Source of the DNA: Pirellula staleyi DSM 6068
GTDB taxonomy: Bacteria > Planctomycetota > Planctomycetia > Pirellulales > Pirellulaceae
DNA: 32,000 bases
NCBI GenBank assembly: GCA_000025185.1
Contig: CP001848.1
Span: forward strand, 2,610,001 to 2,642,000
Direction: 5' to 3'
Shown: one piece after another, positions 26,764-32,000 of the stretch
Layout of the letters: each line of letters starts with the position of its first letter
Numbering within the stretch: position 1 is the first letter of the stretch
Notes under the pieces: model-generated
What the model was told of the DNA's origin: nothing
The model's input: only the letters and a program-made list of their open reading frames with translations
Databases searched by the model: none
Made by a program: the position numbers and the translations under genes

Positions 26764-27722
26764 CAACCGCCAACATGCCACAACTCGATCAACTGCAAGT
26801 GGTCGTCAGCGACATCGCCACGCATCGCGCAGTGGTCTCGGTCTCGGCTTCACGTCACGATACCTTGCTGCAGCAATGGCTCGACGATGGGGAAATCGAA
26901 GCCTCGATTCGAGGTCCCCGCTGTGAACTTTCGAGAACACTTCCGGCCGGATTTACACTCCGCCCAGCCAAGCTCGGCGACCGCTCGATCTTGCGCTGCG
27001 TGGTGACCGATCCCAGTTTCTGGTCGGGAGATCTGCCAGCGATCTACGACGTGACGATCACGCGCAAAGCGGCTGGGATAGCTCCCTCCACGACCAAACG
27101 CTCGCTCGGCGTCCGTCCGCTCGGTCGAAGTCGCGGCTATCTCACACGCGAAGGAAAAGTTTGGATTCCGCGCCTCGTTGCTTGCGACACAGTCCCCGCA
27201 AGCAGTCTCGTCGATAGCTTTCGCGAGCAGGTGCTGGGAGCGCTGATCGATCTCGGTGGCGATGCAACTATAGCGGCACAATTTTTGGCAGCTGCGAGCC
27301 AGCGCGGCTGTTATTCCGTGGCTCATTGTTGCGCAGCGTCGGAGGCTGAACTACTGGAGCAGGTTGTGCTCGCGCGGCAATTTCCGGCGGTGATGATGGC
27401 CTGTTTCCCGGCAAACATCACGATTTCCGAGCGTTTGCGCGATGCCGCGCTGGGCTTGATGCTCGCTTATCGGGTCGACCGCTCGACCGATCTGGCGGCT
27501 CTCGATCGGGGCGGGATCTCGGCCCTGGTGATCTGTGGCACCAGCGCCGGAGAGATCACCGAGCTGGCTCACGCCGCGAATTTTCGAGGACCGATCCTGG
27601 CGCAGTTGGCAGATGGTCAGCACACCGATCTGGCCGCCGCGCGAGCGGCCTGCGATCAGCTCCAGCGCGATCTGGCGGCGCTACCGAATCGTTACCTCCC
27701 GATCGCAGGGCTTGTGGTATGA
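26760..27722 (+). CDS. Hypothetical 320-aa protein translationally coupled between the uvrA-like and E1-like genes
   Basis: Its ATG overlaps the uvrA-like stop (ccccATGAcaa), and its stop overlaps the next ATG (gtggtATGAgcg). It has no TM segment or signal peptide. The only similarity is a motif-level resemblance to the GH2 beta-sandwich/TIM junction (DPSFWSGDLPAIYDVTIT...RSLGVRPLGRSRGYLTREGKVWIPRLV). Confidence 0.7.
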   Translation: MTTANMPQLDQLQVVVSDIATHRAVVSVSASRHDTLLQQWLDDGEIEASIRGPRCELSRTLPAGFTLRPAKLGDRSILRCVVTDPSFWSGDLPAIYDVTITRKAAGIAPSTTKRSLGVRPLGRSRGYLTREGKVWIPRLVACDTVPASSLVDSFREQVLGALIDLGGDATIAAQFLAAASQRGCYSVAHCCAASEAELLEQVVLARQFPAVMMACFPANITISERLRDAALGLMLAYRVDRSTDLAALDRGGISALVICGTSAGEITELAHAANFRGPILAQLADGQHTDLAAARAACDQLQRDLAALPNRYLPIAGLVV

Positions 27723-28756
27723 GCGACGATCGATTCGCCCGCTATTCGCGGCAAGTTCGCTTTGCTTCGATCGGCAAAGCAGGTCAGGAGCGACTCGCAG
27801 CTTCACGCGCGCTGGTTGTCGGCTGTGGCGCGCTCGGCTCGATGATCGCCAGTCATCTCGTTCGCGCTGGGGTCGGGTTCACGCGCATTGTCGACCGCGA
27901 CTTTCTCGAACTGAGTAATCTCCAGCGTCAAACACTGTATACCGAGGCAGATGTAGCGTCGGGATTTCCCAAAGCGATTTGCGCCGAGAAACATCTCCGC
28001 GAGATTAACAGCGAAGTAGAAATCGAAGCGGTGGTCGCCGATATCGTCCCCTCGAATATCGAGCAGCTGGCCCGTAACTGCGATGTCGTGGTCGATGGTA
28101 CCGACAATTTCGAAACCCGTATGCTGATCAACGATGTCTGTGTGAAGCTCGGTATTGCGTGGGTCTATGGAGGGTGTCTTGGCGCGGAAGGTCAGTCGAT
28201 GACGATCCTGCCGGGAGAGTCTCCTTGCCTCCGCTGTGTGATGCCCGAGCCGCCTGATGCGGGGAGCTCACCCACGTGCGATGCGGCCGGGATTTTGGGG
28301 ACGATCATCGGTGTGATTGCGTCGCTGCAAGCCAGTGAAGCGATCAAAATACTGAGTGGCAACCGCTCTGCAGTCTCGAAGAAATGGACCATCATCGACC
28401 TGTGGGATAGCGATGTCCGGCAGCTGCGACTCGATGCCTTCGGCGACCGAAGTCAGTGCCCTTGCTGCGGCAAACGCGAGTTTCCCTGGCTCTCGGGCGA
28501 GCGGGCGAGCTATTCCGCGGTCCTCTGCGGCCGCAATTCCGTGCAGCTCAGTTTTCCTGGCAGCGCTGGGATCAATCTGGCCGCGATGGCCGAGCGACTT
28601 CGTTCGGTCGGCGAAGTTTCGCAGAACAAATTTCTCGTGCGGCTGAAAGTCGGGGACTATCAGATCACCCTGTTCGCCGATGGTCGCGCGGTGGTCAGTG
28701 GCACCGAAGAGATTGCCGAAGCACGCTCGGTCTACGCGCAGTACATCGGCAGCTAA
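27719..28756 (+). CDS. ThiF/MoeB/HesA-family E1-like adenylyltransferase (long form with a C-terminal extension)
   Basis: 345-aa ORF. Family blocks are RYSRQ, VVGCGALGS (GxGxxG), IVDRDFLELSNLQRQ, DGTDNFETRMLIND, a CLRC...CPCCG Zn-site pair and TCDAAGILG. The ~95-aa C-terminal extension ends FADGRAVVSGTEEIAEARSVYAQYIGS, like the Bacillus-type long ThiF/MoeB proteins as I recall them. Confidence 0.85.
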   Translation: MSDDRFARYSRQVRFASIGKAGQERLAASRALVVGCGALGSMIASHLVRAGVGFTRIVDRDFLELSNLQRQTLYTEADVASGFPKAICAEKHLREINSEVEIEAVVADIVPSNIEQLARNCDVVVDGTDNFETRMLINDVCVKLGIAWVYGGCLGAEGQSMTILPGESPCLRCVMPEPPDAGSSPTCDAAGILGTIIGVIASLQASEAIKILSGNRSAVSKKWTIIDLWDSDVRQLRLDAFGDRSQCPCCGKREFPWLSGERASYSAVLCGRNSVQLSFPGSAGINLAAMAERLRSVGEVSQNKFLVRLKVGDYQITLFADGRAVVSGTEEIAEARSVYAQYIGS

Positions 28757-28779
28757 TAGAGGCGACTCTCTCTCACGCT

Positions 28780-28812
28780 ACCTCAGGGGCCGAAGTTCTG
28801 TTCCCCTGAGGT
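28780..28812. terminator. 10-bp hairpin between convergent operon ends (terminator candidate with a weak U-tract)
   Basis: ACCTCAGGGG / CCCCTGAGGT with a 13-nt loop, 24 nt after the stop at 28756. A second small palindrome, CGATCGgcgaaCGATCG, lies at 28831-28847 near the receptor stop. Confidence 0.4.
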
Positions 28813-28855
28813 GTGACTGTTTGACGTTGTCGATCGGCGAACGATCGAAGTCGAT

Positions 28856-30904
28856 TTAGTACGTGAAGTTCAGGCCGCCGTAGGCACCAAACGGCACACT
28901 GTTGTAGGCGTCGACCTCTTCGTAGCTTTCGTTGGTGATGTTGTCGAGGCGAACAAACGCTTCAACATTCTCGGTGATCTTCCGACGACCCGAGGCATTC
29001 AGCAGGTAGTAGCTGTCGAGCGTTACCCCGCCAATGTCTGCGCGGTCGCCAATGTAGATCAACTGCAGCGTGGCTGAAGCTCCGATATCGGTCCAGGCCC
29101 GTGTGATCGAGAGGGACGATTTGTCTTCCGGTCGACGCAGCAATTGCGCGCCGGTGTCGAGATTCAGCGTGTCGTCGAAGGTATAGCTCGCGTCGACCCA
29201 CAGGTCTTCGAAGATGTAGACCAGCAGCGTCAGTTCCACGCCACTGCTGCGAGCGGCACCGACGTTTTCGAGCGCCGTGAACGTGTCGTTGATCACAATC
29301 AGGTCGAGGAAGTCGTTGCGGAAGTAAGTGGCATCAGCCACCACAGCGCCGCCGAAGAGTTCCTGGCGAACACCGGCGTCCCAACCTTTGCTTCGCTCGG
29401 GGCGAAGATTGGGATTGAAGAAGCCAAAACTGTTCTCCGCCAAAGCGGGCTGACGAAAGCCGGTGCCGATGCTGCCGTGGAGCGAAGTTCCGCTGTCGAA
29501 GTTGTAGATCGACGTGACACGGTAGGTCTGCGCGGTCCCCGCTTTGCTCGTGTCGTCCCACCGCACACCGGCGGTGGTGAACCAGTTGGGGAGGAGCTGA
29601 AACTGGTCCTGAATGTAGGCCCCTTTCAGGTTCTGGGTGACCCGTGGATCGAACGTGCTGCTGGCATCTTCTGCCAGGTAGTTCGCACCGGCGCTCAGGA
29701 TGTTCGTCTCGGTCAGCTGGCCGCTGATCAGGTAGTCGACTTCGCGCGTTTGACCCTGGTAGTCGGGCGTTCCAAAGGCACCCGGGTCGGTGTCGAGGAA
29801 GTCGTAGTCGGTGAGGTTCAGCCCCACCTTCTGCTGCAACATGCCATCGAGCGCGGTGTGAGTAAATTGCACGCGATTGGCAAACACCTTGGTCTTATTC
29901 TTGCGAATCAGATTGTCGGCCGGTGTGAACGTGGGGAATGCGAATTGATCGTCGATGTCGGCCCGGGCATCGCTGTAGCGAAAGACGTAGTCGATGTTCA
30001 GCCCGTTCTCGAGATTGATGCCAGTCCGTCCCGAAACGACACCGAGATTAAAATCGTCTTGCTCGGGGAAGCTATCGACCTGACTCACGCCGCCAGTGTG
30101 ATACTGCGAGCCTTGAATGCTGAAGTATTTTCGCTCGTCACCGGCTTGGGCCGACAGCGTGACCTGACCCGTTTGAAAACTGCCACCCATCGTTCCGGCG
30201 GTGACCGAAAGTGGTCCTTGACCCCGTTTGGTGATGATGTTGATCACACCACCAATCGCGTCGCTGCCGTAGACCATGCTTTGCGGGCCGCGGAGGACTT
30301 CGATCCGCTCGACGTTATCGGTGGTGAGGGTCGAGAAGTCGAAGAGTCGCGACGCATTTTGGGGAGCGTTCAGCGGAATGCCGTCGAGCAGCACTTTGGT
30401 ATGCGACGAGTTGGCACCGCGCAAAAACACACTGGTGATGCTACCGGGTCCACCTTGGCGAACCACATCGACACCTAGCTTGCCGCGGAGCACTTCAGCG
30501 ACCGATGTTTGGCCGCTGCGAGCAATGTCGTCGGCCGTGATGACGGTGATCGACGAGCCGGTTTGCGATGCGGGGGTCGGCATGCGGTTAGGAGAAACCA
30601 CCGTGTCGGCCGGAAGTGGCTCGGCCGGGAAATTGCTCAGCCGACCGGGAACCACCGTTTCAGGAAGCTCGGGAATCGCCTCGTTTTCGAGAGGGACTTC
30701 AGCAGGGGCCTCGGCCGGAGGCTGATACGAGGCGTTCTCGACGGCTGTTTCCGTCGGCTGATCGCGGTAGCGATTCGGCGTCTCTTCGTCAGAGATATTG
30801 GCAGTCGCCAGATCGTCGGCCCACAAGGTCCGAGCCAGCGGCGACGAGAATTGCGGAAGAAGAGCAGCAGTGAGCGCGCACTTCCACCAAAACGACAAAC
30901 GCAT
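28856..30904 (-). CDS. btuB: TonB-dependent outer-membrane receptor, BtuB-like (cobalamin/corrinoid uptake inferred)
   Basis: The track ORF starts at 30958. I prefer ATG 30904 (MRLSFWWKCALTAALL...), which has GGGAGGGAAAGGA upstream. A TonB-box-like DTVVSPNR is followed by the plug blocks ITVITADDIARSGQTSVAEVLR, VFLRGANSSHTKVLLDGIPLN and IEVLRGPQSMVYGSDAIGGVINIITK. A long beta-barrel region ends in the aromatic terminus GLNFTY. A cobalamin riboswitch lies immediately upstream. Confidence 0.9.
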   Translation of the reverse strand: MRLSFWWKCALTAALLPQFSSPLARTLWADDLATANISDEETPNRYRDQPTETAVENASYQPPAEAPAEVPLENEAIPELPETVVPGRLSNFPAEPLPADTVVSPNRMPTPASQTGSSITVITADDIARSGQTSVAEVLRGKLGVDVVRQGGPGSITSVFLRGANSSHTKVLLDGIPLNAPQNASRLFDFSTLTTDNVERIEVLRGPQSMVYGSDAIGGVINIITKRGQGPLSVTAGTMGGSFQTGQVTLSAQAGDERKYFSIQGSQYHTGGVSQVDSFPEQDDFNLGVVSGRTGINLENGLNIDYVFRYSDARADIDDQFAFPTFTPADNLIRKNKTKVFANRVQFTHTALDGMLQQKVGLNLTDYDFLDTDPGAFGTPDYQGQTREVDYLISGQLTETNILSAGANYLAEDASSTFDPRVTQNLKGAYIQDQFQLLPNWFTTAGVRWDDTSKAGTAQTYRVTSIYNFDSGTSLHGSIGTGFRQPALAENSFGFFNPNLRPERSKGWDAGVRQELFGGAVVADATYFRNDFLDLIVINDTFTALENVGAARSSGVELTLLVYIFEDLWVDASYTFDDTLNLDTGAQLLRRPEDKSSLSITRAWTDIGASATLQLIYIGDRADIGGVTLDSYYLLNASGRRKITENVEAFVRLDNITNESYEEVDAYNSVPFGAYGGLNFTY

Positions 30905-30954
30905 GCGAAGTTCCTTTCCCTCCCACGGGGAAATGAAGCGATAAAGAAACCTCG

Positions 30955-31145
30955 GCAACGAGCAAGATATCCTGGCTCGGGTTCGACCTACTTGCCCGAC
31001 CTTCCCGGCGCTTCGTGCGAAGCATCAGTGGCCATCTGCTGGGCGTTCGTCCCCCTTACAGTCGCGGGGCGGCGGAAGTTTTTCACTTCGCTTCCCTCGC
31101 TTGCTGCCGTACAACGGGCCCCGTCACGTTTCCCACCTACGGATG
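30955..31145 (-). promoter_or_regulatory. Cobalamin (B12) riboswitch in the 5' leader of the btuB-like gene
   Basis: The minus strand reads CAGCAAGCGAGGGAAGCGAAGUGAAAAACUUCCGCCGCCCCGCGACUGUAAGGGGGACGAACGCCCAGCAGAUGGCCACUGAUGCUUCGCACGAAGCGCCGGGAAGGUCGGGCAAGUAGGUCGAACCCGAGCCAGGAUAUCUUGCUCG. It contains the conserved cobalamin-riboswitch blocks AGGGAA, a GUGAAAA hairpin, GCCCCGC.ACUGUAAGGGG, GCCACUG, CCGGGAAGG and a B12-box-like GAGCCAGGAUAUCUUGC. The core is roughly 30958-31108, and the 5' boundary is uncertain. Confidence 0.85.
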
Positions 31146-31336
31146 GACGAAAAGTGAGAGGCACATAGCTAGTCATCGTCTTTGCGTGTGGTGCCGGTTG
31201 TAGCAATTCTGATGCTTTGACCGCTTGTAACGCCGCTAGCACCCCGCTCCGTGGCAGAGTTTAACGACAGGGGAAGAGAATCGGCCCCGGAAAGCTGCTA
31301 TCAGGGCCGGACGAAGGTGGGGTAACCGTGCGGCCT

Positions 31337-31373
31337 CGAAACGAAAACACCCCGCGAGCATGCCCGCAGGGTG
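31337..31373 (-). terminator. Intrinsic terminator (minus strand) after the small ORFs at the right end
   Basis: The minus strand reads CACCCUGCG-GGCAUGCU-CGCGGGGUG (9 bp with one G.U, which would be a C.A mismatch on the + strand), followed by UUUUCGUUUCG. It begins 19 nt after the stop at 31392. A second hairpin (31282-31309, 8 bp) follows. Confidence 0.55.
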
Positions 31374-31391
31374 ACGGGAGGGAAATGCAGT

Positions 31392-31619
31392 TCAAGTGCC
31401 AATGACGAGGAGAGTGGCAGCCGGGATCAGAAACGCCAACGCAATTCTCTCGAAGTGGGCCATAAAGTTGTTTTGCGTCGGATAGAGGGCGCCGAAAAAC
31501 GGCTTGCACCTGCCGAAAACGTGCGGAACATGAGCTAACCAAGCAAGGCGAAGATGAGCGTGAAAAATCGGAAGACAGCTTCCAAATCGACCCAGGTGCA
31601 ACACCTTGATCTGCCTCAC
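31392..31619 (-). CDS. Possible small protein (75 aa), hypothetical
   Basis: Its GTG start overlaps the upstream stop (GTGA). The C-terminus is a hydrophobic helix (IALAFLIPAATLLVIG). A terminator lies 19 nt downstream. The composition is atypical (His/Arg-rich) and I recognise no similarity. Confidence 0.3.
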   Translation of the reverse strand: MRQIKVLHLGRFGSCLPIFHAHLRLAWLAHVPHVFGRCKPFFGALYPTQNNFMAHFERIALAFLIPAATLLVIGT

Positions 31620-32000
31620 CCCAACTGCAACTCAAGTCCGGTGTAAAAACAGTGCAATCGCCCGGGAAGCCAAAGATAGTATCGTGTCTCGGCGACACCC
31701 ATTCCGCGATCAGCAGTAGCTACATAGTGCTGGATGACGAAAGGGCATGGAGTCGACGGAGTACCGATGAAGTGCCACGAGATTGGTAAGTCATCGTCGT
31801 CCTTGCCTTCGCTTACCGGATCGAAACTAAGCGAGGTCGATTGTAATTCTGGGTATCTTTGAAACCAGCGATCGGCTGTGCTGACGGCGGCAATGCCTCC
31901 GAAGTAATGAGTTGTCACCCAACATGAAACGTAGAGGGCGACGATCACTAAGGCGTACGCAAAGTGGTTTCTGCGTTGCAGGTAATAGGCAGCACCGATT
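31616..32000 (-). CDS. Hypothetical protein, C-terminal part; the 5' end probably lies beyond the right window edge
   Basis: The reading frame is open from base 31999 down to TGA at 31618-31616. My translation upstream of the track start is IGAAYYLQRRKPLAYALVIVALYVSCWVTTHYFGG, which looks like a TM helix. No competing + strand ORF of 60 aa or more exists here. GC content is lower than in the rest of the window. Confidence 0.4.
   Translation of the reverse strand, partial: IGAAYYLQRRNHFAYALVIVALYVSCWVTTHYFGGIAAVSTADRWFQRYPELQSTSLSFDPVSEGKDDDDLPISWHFIGTPSTPCPFVIQHYVATADRGMGVAETRYYLWLPGRLHCFYTGLELQLG

Noticed and set aside
29144-30478. 444-aa + strand ORF inside the TonB-dependent receptor gene
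   Set aside because: It is an antisense shadow. The receptor frame carries the TonB box, plug motifs and an aromatic C-terminus, and this frame has none of these.
30905-30958. 18-codon extension of the receptor ORF (MPRFLYRFISPWEGKELR)
   Set aside because: It would place the start inside the riboswitch expression platform. ATG 30904 has a strong purine-rich Shine-Dalgarno sequence and gives a normal signal peptide.
31261-31698. 145-aa minus-strand ORF crossing the terminator hairpins
   Set aside because: It reads through two hairpins and the U-tract, and it is Ser/Pro/Cys-rich. It competes with the better-positioned 75-aa and edge ORFs.

Overview
This is a GC-rich bacterial chromosomal segment. 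The gene content and protein style suggest Planctomycetota, Pirellulales-like, but this is inference only. The cues are a 1315-aa secretin with a very long N-terminal extension, Pro/Ser/Ala-rich spacers, many exported or membrane hypotheticals, and a xylose-isomerase-like TIM-barrel paralog. I support 23 protein-coding genes. Two are cut by the window edges, and one of those, cysD at the left edge, is missing from the supplied ORF track. I also support one cobalamin riboswitch in front of a BtuB-like TonB-dependent receptor, five intrinsic-terminator hairpins, two further hairpins between convergent genes, three weak sigma70-type promoter candidates and two short in-CDS tandem repeats. Recognisable genes are cysD, a DCC-family thiol oxidoreductase, uppP, a sugar-phosphate-isomerase-like TIM barrel, a ligase-associated-type MBL exonuclease, a Wza/OPX-like exporter, a secretin, DUF423, an exported peroxiredoxin, ligA, a uvrA-family ABC ATPase, a ThiF/MoeB-type E1-like adenylyltransferase and a btuB-like receptor. 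I saw no rRNA, tRNA, CRISPR array, transposase/integrase, phage genes or known defence-system signature. Two regions are the best candidates for something undescribed. The first is the TPR-anchor / OPX-like / giant-secretin neighbourhood at 10.9-18.3 kb. The second is the translationally coupled (ATGA, ATGA) operon of a uvrA paralog, an orphan 320-aa protein and an E1-like enzyme at 23.9-28.8 kb. Both are hypotheses from gene order and motif-level reading, not demonstrated systems, and most of the window looks like ordinary core genome. Many long ORFs in the track are antisense shadows typical of GC-rich DNA and were rejected.
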